Below are positions 13,174 through 24,811 of a stretch of DNA of 64,000 bases, piece after piece; positions within the stretch are counted from its first letter, which is position 1, and the number at the start of each line of letters is the position of its first letter. Source of the stretch: Mobula hypostoma (Eukaryota). Where the stretch lies: assembly GCF_963921235.1 (NCBI RefSeq), contig NC_086097.1, positions 76,386,001-76,450,000 on the forward strand. Direction: 5' to 3'. The notes beneath the pieces were generated by a model. That model worked only from the letters and a program-made list of their open reading frames with translations, was not told the DNA's origin and ran no database searches. The position numbers and the translations under genes are program-made.

Positions 13174-14544
13174 TATTCCCTCTCTTACACCTTCACATTA
13201 GCTTTGACTTCCTTTGACAGCCATGGTTGTACTATTTTGTCATTTGAGTATTTCTTTGTTTTTGGAATACACCTATCCTGCACCTTTCTTATTTTCCCCA
13301 GAAACTCACGCCATTGCTGCTCTGCTGTCATCCTTGCCAGCATCTCCTTCCAATTTACTTTAGCCAACTCCTCTCTCATACCACTGTAATTTCTTTTACT
13401 CCACTGAAATACTGCTGTGTCAGACTTTACTTTCTCCCTATCAAGTTTCAAGTTGAATTCAATCATATTGTGATCACTGCCTCCTAAAGATTCTTTTACC
13501 TTAAACTCCAAGATTACCTCCGCTTCTTTACATAACACCCAATCCAGTAGAGCTGATCCCCTAGTAGGCTCAACGACAAAATGCTCCAAAAAGCTATCTC
13601 ATAGACATTCAACAATTTCACTCTTGAGATCCATTGCCAACCTGATTTTCCCCAATCGACCTGCATGTTGCAATCTCCCATTACTATCATAACGTTGTCC
13701 TTTTGACACACCTTTTCTGTCTCCTGTTGTATTCTGTGGTACACATCCCAGCTCCTGTTGGGAGGCCTGTGTATAACTGCCATCAGAGTCCTTTTACCTT
13801 TGCAGTTCTTTAACTTAACACACAAGGATTCAACATCTTCTGATCCTATGTCACATCTTTCTTCTGATTTGATGTCATTGTTTACCAGCAGAGCCATGCC
13901 ACCCCCTCTGCCTACCTTCCTATCCTTCTGATACAATGTGTAACCTTGGACATTCAGCTCCCAACTACAACCATCCTTCAGCCACGATTCAGTGATGGCC
14001 ACAACATTAAACCTGACAATCTGTAATAGTACAGGAAGATCATCCACCTTATTTCTTATACTCTGTGCATTTGAGATATGACACTTTGAGTACTGTATTT
14101 GCTACCCTTTTTGATTCTGCATCCCTAATGCTCTGGTACTCACCCTACCGACTGCAAATTTGTCATATCATCAGGCTGCCTGCGTGCTATCTTTGCTTTT
14201 TTACCATCCGTCCTATCCTGAGTCCCTTCACTCAGGTTCCCACCTCCTGCAACACAGACTAATATGTCGACAGTTTCTGTCTGCTGACTGCAGAAGTACT
14301 TTGAGAATGAATTTAACAATTCAACTCTTTCTAGAGACAATAGATCATCTTTGCAGAAAGAGCATGAAAAAAGCTGTCTGTAGGTAACATTTTACATGTT
14401 AAGGTTATTACCTTGAAACATTAACTCACAAAGACACAAGAAAGTAGGAGCAAGAAGGCCACCATGCCCCTCAAGCTTGACCCACCATTCAACATGATCA
14501 TACCTAATCTATGCTGGCCTCAACTCCTCTTCTGCACTTGTTCT

Positions 14545-15181
14545 GCAATTGACAATAAACTGGACTGGTCAAAGAACACTGAGGCTGTCTACAAGAAGGG
14601 TCAGAGCCTTCTCTATTTCCTGAGGAGACTGAGGTCCTTTAACATCTGCCGGACGATGCTGAGGATGTTCTATGAGTCTGTGGTGGCCAGTGCTATCATG
14701 TTTGCTGTTGTGTGCTGGGGCAGCAGGTTGAGGATAGCAGACACCAACAGAATCAACAAACTCATCCGTAAGGCCAGTGATGTTGTGGGGATGGAACTGG
14801 ACTCTCTCACGGTGGTGTCTGAAAAGAGGATGCTGTCCAAGTTGTATGCCATCTTGGTCAATGTCTCCCATCCACTACATAATGTACTGGTGGGTCACAG
14901 GAGTACATTCAGCCAGAGACTCATTCCACCGAGATGCAGCACTGAGCGTCATAGGAAGTCATTCCTGCCTGTGGCCATCAAACTTTACAACTCCTCCCTT
15001 GGGGGGGGGGGGTCAGACATCCTGAGCCAATAGGCTGGTCTGGGACTTATTTCATAATTTACTGGCATAATTTACATATTACTATTTAACTATTTATGGT
15101 TCTATTACTATTTATTATTTATGGAGCAACTGTAACGCAAACCAATTTCCCCTGGGATTAATAAAGTATGACAATGACTAT
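14545..15181 (+). mobile_element. Young 5'-truncated Rex/Babar LINE with 7-bp TSD, inserted in an old CR1 3' end
   Basis: ORF LYFLRRLRSFNIC..FYESVVASAI. TSD TTGTTCT at 14538-14544 and 15182-15188. Tail is (TATGAC)-like. Confidence 0.9.
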
Positions 15182-15374
15182 TTGTTCTCCATGAACCTCA
15201 ATTCCTTGATCTTTCAAACATTTTATTTCTACCTCCACCATTGTTGAGGGTGAAAAATTCCAGAGGTCACTCTGAGATGGAATTTCGAAGCACCACTCTT
15301 TTAAATGACCTGCCTCTTGCCTCCGCATTTTATCCACTTGTGACTCTCCCACTAGTGAAACTATCTCAACATCT

Positions 15375-16312
15375 CCCCATTGCTGTACACTCTGCTCACA
15401 CGTGACTGCACAGCCAGACATCTGAGCAATTACATCATCACATTGGCCAACGACACGACAGTGGTGGCGATTATCACTAACTACAATGAGACAGCCTACA
15501 GTGAGGAGGTGCAAGAGCTCGAAGCCTGGTGCCAGGCAAATAACCTCTTCCTTATTGTCAACAAGACAAAGGAGATGGTTCTTGACTTCAGGGAAACTTG
15601 CAGCACTCACCCTCATCCCTTACATTAGTGGCACAGCAATGGAAACCGCAAGCAATTTCAAACTTCTGGGAGTGTACATCACACACAATCTCTCATGGTC
15701 CCAGAACACATCCTACACAATCAGAAAAGCTCACCAATGCCTCTACTTTTTGAGGAGGCTGAAGAGAGCTGGACTTTGCACATCCATACTCATGTCATTT
15801 CACAGATGTGCAGTAGAGAGCATCCTAACAAGCTGCATCACTGCTTGGCACGGAAACTGCACAGGAAGGCTCTACAATGGGTAGTCAAAATTGAAAATGT
15901 ATCACGGGCACTATATAAAAAGGTGCCAGAAATGGGCCGATAACATCATTAGCAGATCCCACGCACGCTGCTCATGGACTGTTTGTCCCACTCCCATCAG
16001 GGAAGAGGCTACATAACATCCAGGCCAGGGCCATCAGACTCAAAAACAAGCAGTAAGGCTGATCAACACCTCCACCCACTAACTCCACCACTACCTTATT
16101 ATTTCCCATCTGTCACCTTATGTACATCCTAACATTACAATCAAACCATGTATATAACCTATTATGGTGTGTTTATTATTATCATTATTATTATTATGTT
16201 CTTTATCTAACATGTTCCTTTTTGTGCTGCATCAGATGTCGAGAAACAATTACTTCATTCTCTTTATGCTTGTGTACAGGAAACTGCATTAAACAATCTT
16301 AAATCTTGAATC
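15375..16312 (+). mobile_element. Degenerate Rex/Babar LINE RT and 3' end
   Basis: LYTLLTRDCTA...NDTTVV...WCQANNL..VNKTKEMVLDFR and KAHQCLYFLRRLKRA. Confidence 0.8.
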
Positions 16313-16817
16313 TGTGAAACACCCATTGGATCTGATATGTTTGAATAAGGACATCTTATTACTTTTAAAATGTAATTTTTTTTATCTCCACATAAGAAAG
16401 TACCTTACTCAATAGATCAGAAAGTACCTTGCTTAATAGATGTGCATAGTTTGCTGAGGATTATCTGCAATTTCTGTTACATTTAAGGCTAAATTTCATT
16501 GTTGAAACTGGGGATAGGATGCCTTAATCAGGCAGAGTAACTGATTTTCTTGCCGTATTTTAGTTCTGAGATGTTACAATGTGGCAGCAATTCCAAAGAA
16601 ATATAAATTTAAAGATGAAAAATTCATGATGTGGAATAACATTATGAAAAATGACCATTGAGATATGTTAACTGAGGAAGTAAAATTAATGTGATTATAA
16701 GTAGTTTCATGCCACTGCAGTCCTAAAATAATTGTTTTATAATTTCAACAGCAGATCGTCATCTATATCTGTACCCACTATTAAGGATGTTAAGGAACTC
16801 ATAAAAAGTTAACTAAC

Positions 16818-16968
16818 CTTTTTTGTTTTGTTTGTCTTTTGATAGGTGTCTGATAATGGCTTCTTTTTTTCCTTTGTTGCTGCTTTAGAAAAAAGCTCTT
16901 CAAATTTTTCAGCATCTTGGATACAAGGTTCTTCTAATGATTCCCAAATTGTTGACACTTCAGCATCA
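16818..16968 (-). CDS. FMN1: Formin-1 FH2 exon (151 nt, phase 2 to phase 0)
   Basis: Acceptor ttatcttag, donor AAG|gttagt. Translates (S)[50 protein letters not shown], matching FMN1 TLWDSLEEPDI...EFEYLFSK...KKKPLSETYEKKNKVKK. Its phase completes the split AG|T codon of the previous exon. Not in the ORF track. Confidence 0.93.
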
Positions 16969-19900
16969 CTAAGATAATAGAGTAAATAATTATTTGTAAT
17001 ATACTGGACTTCCTACAAGATAGATGTATTGCTTTAACATGAACAATTCATTAAGTGTAATAAGAGAAAACAAAGCAAATTAAAAACTAAGCTGTGACAC
17101 AAACCTTTATGGTAGCACGCCAACTCAAAAAAAAAAGTGCAATTTGAAACATGCAAGCAGAAATTTATCAACAATGTCCAATTTTTGGGTAACTGATAGA
17201 TTTCCCAATGTACCAACAAGGCAGGCAAATCTATATATTTGTTATAATTGTTACGAATCAGATTTGCACCATCCACCTAAATGATAAAGGCCAATGCATT
17301 GCCATTTAGCAATTCATCTAAAACAGGCAACCAATTTTATTGCATATGCAAGTTAGAAAAATAACATGTGTTTGACATTGAATGGCAGGAATGTTTGAGG
17401 GGCATTTCGGCAGGCACACATGGACAGGCAGGAGGAGAGGAGACAGATCATATGCAGGCAGGTGGGAATTTCTTATATTGGCATTATGGTTAGCACAGAC
17501 ATGATAGACTGACACCATAGTTCCTTTGTTGCATTGCTCTATGTTCTATGTAATGAAGTGGGCATTGATCCACTCCTCTCCATCTGATTACACCCTAGTT
17601 TTGTTTACTCAGGGATTTTTGTTAGTTTTGAAGTGGTTCAGTCTTATTTATGTTTTGCTGGCAGTCAATTAAGGATCAGAAACAAATGCTGCAATTGCCC
17701 ATGACCTATAAATGAACAAAAGGATAATAATCACTGTTATCACATGTCTCTTCTCACCATTGACTTGAGGATCTGGCATTTTCCTAATGATCCTCCCGGC
17801 TTTAATCACAGACTCTTGCTCATTTTCCTCCAATATAAAAGTGGTTCCCATTGTAATTGCATAACAAAACCTTGCCAGTTCTTGTTCTAATAACATTTTC
17901 CAATTTTTTACAAAAAAGATCTGTAATCACCCAAAATAATACAACATCAACAATGAAACTCTGATGGTTCCCCCACCCCCCACCCGGCCTCTGAAAGAAA
18001 CATATGGAAGAGAAAGAGAACTTACAATTAAAACTGCTTGGAGCTTATATTTAAGAAACTATATCCATTCAAGTCATTGGGTCTGGACAGAAATACAGAG
18101 TAATACTGTGTTTGGTATACAGAAGATACTAACTGGAATTAGGAAGTGTGATATGATATTAATCTGAAATGATAATTTTTCTGGCTATATAAAGTATATT
18201 TTGGATAAATGCATAATTACCTAAAGGAAAATTCTTTCGAGGACAGTCATGAAATTGCTATAAGTTGAAAGTTGTGGCAGTGAACAAGACATTGCAGTAC
18301 AGGCAAATACAACAGGTAAAAGGAATTGAGAAAACTTGGAATGATATTCTTTCAGCAACATCAAGTGTGCTTTTTTCAAATAAAATACACTATGTCAAAG
18401 TCCTGCATAGATTTCTATTCATATATTCCATTGTAAATTGAAAATTTAGCATTTGTAACACCATGATCATAAAGATAATCAGAAAAATACAGGGTTGGCA
18501 AACATGTGCCCTAACTGACTCTTATCCGCTCAGTTCTACAGAACTGCAACAGAGGTCCAGCCACAGCAGCTGGAATGTTTTCATCCACAGCAACATAACT
18601 TTCAATTCCAGATAGCTGTTTTAATTCTTTCTGAATAAGTAAAACAAAATCAATTCCATTTTCTCATTGGGTCTTCTCCATAAGAAAGGGCAGTTGGATG
18701 AGGAGTACTGTAAAATATTCTGTTTGTGCTTTGTATCTTGTTGCTATTAAACCAATAGGTTTTACAAGGAAATGATGCATCTGGTGCAACATAAATATAG
18801 TGCCCAAATAATATTTTTAAACTAACTCAACCTTATTTGTTTCAAAACTATTATAGTGCAGTAAAAAGGCTATTTGTTATTAATTGTGAATATGTCCCTT
18901 GGGCCAATATTACATACATTAAATAAGCAGGCTTTCTCCATCATATTAAGAAGCAGTTTAATTTTATGCCTCAAATAAATTTCACTAAATGTATTTGTAT
19001 AACTTTAGGAACATTTACAAACAAAGCAGTTCAAAATGCCTTGTAAAAACCGTAATTGGAACTTTCCACTCATTCATCATCAAAACAAGGAAAAATAGTC
19101 ATGAACTCATTGACTGGGCAAGAATTCCTTCATTGTTTGCAGAGCTGATAGAAATGGCCTTGTGTGAAAAATGTGGTTTCTTTCTATATGATGTAATTGG
19201 CGTGAGTGTGTGTGTGTGTGTGTGTTCATATTCCATTCAGAGGTTCATCATGGGCAATTAAGTAATAGTGATAGATCTTGGCATATTGTGAGAACTAAGT
19301 GTTAAATGGAGAAGACAGAGGGTTTAAAAGCAAAGATTAGATCAGCCAATCTTATTGAATAGCAATAGAAGCCCAAGTGGATGGATAGGTAAACCCATTT
19401 TTCTGCTCCTGACAACAGATGACTGAAAAGAAAACAGTGTATATTTGCTATATATCCTTCCATCATCGAAATCATGCTTCATAAACATTACCAATCTACA
19501 TTAGACCTAAATCTTATGAACTTATTACTTCAAATTGATATTCACTAATGAATTTGAAATTTAGCATTGAAGCATCAGATCTACATCATCACAGCTTAAG
19601 ATCTTTTATTCAGTGGGGCAGAATTTCTGCTTGGGGAATATATGGTGATTTCTCATAGGATAAATCCTTCAGCCCACCAATTCCAAGTCAATGCCAATCT
19701 TCAAGCAAACATTTACACTAATCCTACATTCAACATACATTAAACTCCCCCCATTTCCATTATCCCCCCACAGATTCTATCACTAACCCACATAATAGAG
19801 CAATTTGTGGTGGCAGATTAACCCAACAACTGACACATCTTTTGAATGGAATCATGTTAACATATTCCTTCAGTGAACTCCAGAACTGTAGTTCTTCACT

Positions 19901-20430
19901 GGGTACCTTCTGAAAATGCAAATCCACTGCAGCAATTGGTTAACTGGTTCCCTTCTATCCACCCTGCTTGTTACATTTTCAATGAGGACTAAGAAGATGT
20001 GTTCAAAGGTCTTTTATATAGACACATAAATATGGAGGGAGTGGAGTTCAATAGATCAAGTGCAGGCAGAAGAGATTTAGTTTAATTTTGCAGAAGTTGT
20101 GGGCTGAAGGGCCTGTGCCTTTGCTATCTAGGTTGATGTTCAATGCTGCTTGATGTTCCAACATAGTTTCCCCTTTCATGTTGAGTTTACATGAGTACAT
20201 CATAATTTTTCAAATGTCCAGCATTCTTTTGGCTGTAAATGTCTAATTAACTGTCAAATAGTTATTGAATTTTTACCCACTTCTTTTCTTGAACAACAGT
20301 ATTAATATTTGTGATGGAGAATTAAAGTGACAGACAATGAGTGGCTCAGGGTCACCCTCGTGGACTGGACTGAGTGGGACAAAGATCAATCAAGATAGCA
20401 GTGCAAGTCAGTAGGCTTGTAATGTTAATT

Positions 20431-20623
20431 AAAAGAAGAAAATCTGTAGATGCTGGAAATCCAAGCAACAGACTCAAAATGCTGGAGGAACTCAGCAGGC
20501 CAGGCAGCATCTATGGAAAAGAGTGAACAGTTGATGCCTCGGCCCAAAACGTCGACTGTTTACTCTTTACCTTATATGCTGCTGGCCTGCTGAGTTCCTC
20601 CAGCATTTTATGTGTGTTGCTTG
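20431..20623. mobile_element. Penelope-derived fold-back mini-element (two inverted terminal repeats)
   Basis: Arm aaaatgctggaggaactcagcaggccaggcagcat and its complement. Flanking direct repeat GCTTGTAATG[T/C]TAATT. Confidence 0.8.
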
Positions 20624-20649
20624 TAATGCTAATTGTTAGCTTAAAACAG

Positions 20650-21510
20650 GTGCTCCCCGAAGCAATCTGACGGACACTGAATGTAACACAGTACATCACA
20701 GTGGAAGAAGTGCAAGTGAATTGTTGCTTCACCTGGAAAGACTGATTGGGTCCCTGGATGGTGGAAGGAGAAGAGGTGGAAAGATGAGTGTTGCATTACC
20801 TGCACTTGCAAGGGAAAATGCGAAGCATCAATTGGTTGGTGGGAATGGAGATAGACTAGTTGCTAGTGTAACAAGCTTACAGGCCCTTATTGCTATCCTG
20901 CTTATTCTTGTCCCACCCTGCCTCCTGAATGACTCTTTGTCATTCTCCCAGTTCCTCTGCCTCCCTGGTATTAATGCTGATGATAAACCTGCATATAGGT
21001 GCTGATGATATGTCTTCCTCTTCTTAAAGAGTGGCTTGCCCTTTGTCATTGTTAACAAAGCCCTTGACTGCATCATCTCATCAATTTCCCATGCTTCTAC
21101 TAGGATGGAGTTCCTCTGGTCCTTCCACTGTACCAGCCCTCCAACAGGTCATTCTTTGCAATTTCCACCATCTTCAAGGACATTTCACTACTACCGACAT
21201 TATCCTTCTCCTCCTCTTCAGCATTTTACAGGAAACATTCCCCTCATAACTCCCCTGTTTACTTTTCCATTCGCACCAACCACTTCCCTCTTTATGGCAC
21301 TTCCCCTTGCAGCTACAGATGATACAACACTTTTACCTCTTCACTTTCCACCATCTCGGGTCCCAAACAGTCTTTTCCAGGTGAAGCAAAGATTTGCTTG
21401 CACTGCTTCCCATTTAGGGTACTGCATTCAGTATTCACAAGGTGATCTCCTCTAAACTGGAGAAAGCAACTGCAGATTGGGTGACTGCCTTGCGGAGCAC
21501 CTGTCGTCTT
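20650..21510 (+). mobile_element. Degenerate Penelope-like element fragment with an inverted leading piece
   Basis: SLFQVKQRFACTASHLGYCIQYSQ resembles the GIY-YIG region at 59840-60119. Confidence 0.6.
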
Positions 21511-22021
21511 GTTGCCTGACCTGCTTGCTAGGCAGATCTTCCTGCTCCACACTTCACACTTTACAGACCAGATAACAGTGCTCACAACTTATTGCCAGTG
21601 CACCATAATGACTCTATATCTTGATCTTCTCAGCCAAAATCATTTTCAATACTGTAATGATTTCACCTTTAATAATGTCTTCTCACCCTTTTTGAAAAGG
21701 CAGGGAATGAAGGGATATACAGTAGACTATGCACAGACAGATGGAATTAGAATAATTTGGCATTAAGGTCAGCACAGACATCATTGGCTGAAGTGCTTTA
21801 CTGTTCTATGCATTTGCCTTTTCTACTTAAATATTAAGTAACACCATATTTAGCTGTCAGCTTTAGTCACTATCGCTGCAATTGTTACTACATCATACAC
21901 ATTTCATTCTCTTTTGCTATCAATCATATATATGTTGTGTGCATTTAAATAAAAACTGCATTTAATTTTATCCTACCATTTGTCAACTCAATTCTATTTA
22001 AAGTTGCACCCTTATTTGCAT

Positions 22022-23470
22022 AAACACAAGATATTTTCTGCGGATGCTGGAAATCCAGAGACACACACACACACAAAATGCTTGAGAAACTCAGCAATCT
22101 ATGTAAGGGAATATATGCGGTCAGAAAACCATGGACCAACATGTCGGAATGGGAATAGGGAGTCAAACTGAAATGCCAGGCCACTAGGAAATCCAGCCTT
22201 TTGTAACAGATAGACGGAAATCCCAGTTCTTTGAAATCCCCCTTTTTGATCTCTCTGCTTCCATCTTTGGAGAGAAAATATCTACTGAATTTTTAGAAAA
22301 TTTTTTACAAACCTACTGACTCTCACAATTATCTTGACTGTACATCTTCCTACACTGCCACTTGTAAAAATACTACTCCCTTTTCTCAGTTCCTCTGCCT
22401 CAGGATGAGGGCTTTCCATTCTAGAACATCTGAGATATCCTCTATTTTCAAAGTACAGGGTTTCGATGCTGGCCTCAGCCACATCTCTTCCACTTCCCGC
22501 ACATCTGTCCTCACCCCATCCTTCTGCCACCTTATTGGGGATAGGGTTTCCCTTGTCCTTACCTGCCATTCCACAAGCCTCCATATCATGCACCTCATTC
22601 TCTGCCACTTCCACCATCTATACAGGACTTTATCACAAATCACATCTATTCGCACCCCCACCCCCCCCCCCCGTCTACCTTTGGGAGGGATTGTTCCCTA
22701 TGTGACTCTCTTGTCCACTTCACCCTTGTCACTGATTTCTCACGGCACATTACTGCAAGTAGGGCAAGTACTTCACCTGGGCCTACACCTCCTCCCTCAC
22801 CATCATTCAGGGCCCCAAACAATCATTTCAAATGAGATGACACTTCACCTGCATGTCAGTCTGGTGAGATCTGGGGTTTCCCGGTGGCCACCCACGGCAA
22901 TTTGACTTTCCATTCCCATTCTGACATGTTGGTCCATGGCCTCCTCTACTGCCACGATGAGGACACAGTCCGGTTAAAGGAGCAACACCTCATTTTCCTT
23001 TTGGTAGCCGCAAATCTGATGGCGTGAACACTGATTTCTCTAACTTCTGATGATTATTAACCCCTCCTCATTCTCTCTTTTTTCATTCCCCGTTCTGGTT
23101 TTACCCCTTCTCTTCTCCTCACCAGCCTATCACCTCCTCTGGTTCTCTTCCTCTTCCATGGTCCACTGTGCACTCCTATCAGCTTCCTTCTTTTTCAACT
23201 CGTTTTACCTCCCAGCTTCAGCTTCCACCTCTCACTTCCAAGCTTCTTACTTCATCCCCCTCCTCTATCCACCCATTTTCCCTCTTACCCGGTCTCACCT
23301 ATCACCTGCCAGCTTGTACTCCTTTTCCTTCCCCAGTTTCATATTTCGGATTTGCCACCTTTGTTTGCAGTCCAGATGAAGGGTCTCAGCCTGTAATGTC
23401 GACTGTTTAGTCCCGTCCATTGATCCTGCTTAACTTGCTGAGTTTGTCCAGCATTTTCTGTGTATTGCTC
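22022..23470 (+). mobile_element. Degenerate Penelope-like retroelement (RT C-terminus + GIY-YIG) with inverted 5' piece
   Basis: tacaaacctactgactctcacaattatcttgac (YKPTDSH.YLD) and gagcaacacctcatttt (EQHLIF). Terminal repeats are in opposite orientations. TSD CTTA[T/C]TTGCAT. Confidence 0.8.
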
Positions 23471-23741
23471 TTACTTGCATGCCCCATCACACTCTGGTTA
23501 TTACACATGTTGTAACCTGGCCTTGTGTTTCTCCTTTAACTTTCCATAGTTCTGCCGACCTAAAACCTCCACCCACTCAACCCTTCAGTTAATGCCTTAC
23601 CCATATATCTAATTACTCTGAAGTGACCAGACACCATGAAAACTAGATATTCCCTTGTGCCATCATAATGATGCAACTGGAGAAAAAGGTCCAGATGGAT
23701 CAACAAAAACAGGGGGGTGATTCTCATATTAGAATCTAAAC

Positions 23742-23820
23742 TAGAGTTTCCCAGCCTGGGGTTGACAGACCCCTGGGTTAATGGTAAAAAGTCATGGCAT
23801 AAAAAGATTGGGAACCCCAG
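23742..23820. mobile_element. 79-bp hAT/Charlie-type MITE
   Basis: Imperfect TIRs tagagtttcccagcct / agattgggaaccccag. 8-bp TSD atctaaac / gtctaaac. Confidence 0.65.
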
Positions 23821-24811
23821 GTCTAAACTGTGTCTGGAAGCTCTTCAGTCAGTGTTCTTGTCACCAATGAAACAAAAACTGCACATTTAATGAAAGGCTG
23901 GCTGAGAAAATATTCAGAAGTCTGCATAAACAAAATATATCATCTGAACAAATTAATAAAAAGCAGTATCCACTTAACACTAACTGAAAATTTACTGTAA
24001 TTAGGCCACTTCAAAAAGTCAAAAAAATTGAAAACTTGACAGTGTTGGATACCAAATAGATATTAAGCTTTAGAGATGAAAGACTGATGGGCATAATCTA
24101 TAGCTTTAATTCCTGGCCAGCCTTTCAGGTTTTAAAATACAATCAATGTCAATACAAATAGGAAATTATCATCAATTACCTGAAGGTATGTGCTGTACCT
24201 AGGATAAGGAAATCGAAGCTGCTTCCAAGATTTCTTAGCACTTACTGATTTAAATACGACTAATCACTGTTTTTATAACCATATTTTAACCTTGCAGATA
24301 AAAAATTACACAGCACAATAATTAGTGCTTTGTAAGTTCCTTAGTACTATGTTGAGAAGGTGAAGTGAAAAGCAAAAACATTGAATTATAATTATTGGAT
24401 TAGACATTTTGAGTTAGTCTGAGTTTAAAATGTTGGGATATAAACTTGTACAAAACAAGAAATGTTACCAATGTTAAATCACAGATATCAAAGATAGAAT
24501 GCACAAACAAACACTGTTCATGACTGCTGGCAGTTTAAAATCGAAGCAATATGCATTTTTCAGTTTAAGTTTATGTACTGTATCATTGTATTATTTCTTT
24601 GTAATCAAATGGTTTGTCAACAGAGAATCCTTAAGGAAAAAAAATGGATTTCTTTCAGTGTTACAAAAGTCAGATTCTGCCAAAAGCTACCCATTGATTG
24701 ATATAACTATTTACTCCTTGCTTATATTCAGTATAGTTAATGAAGAAACTTAAAATATATGTATTAAGTACAAGTTTATATGTCAACACAACTGGCCTTT
24801 ATTTTCAGTAC

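Larger units (their letters stand above)
10090..14253 (-). mobile_element. Near-complete CR1 ORF2 (APE + RT), frameshifted and split by an LTR-like insertion
   Basis: ORFs: VAITESWL, GGSDHNMIEF, DVVYLDFQKAFDKVPH, PQGSVLGP..YINDLD, KFADDTK, LYKALVR.HLEYC. Confidence 0.9.

Noticed and set aside
1..16800. Next FMN1 FH2 exon (IIKLLDGKRSQ...-like)
   Set aside because: Not found by eye. It probably lies beyond the left edge; TBLASTN would settle this.
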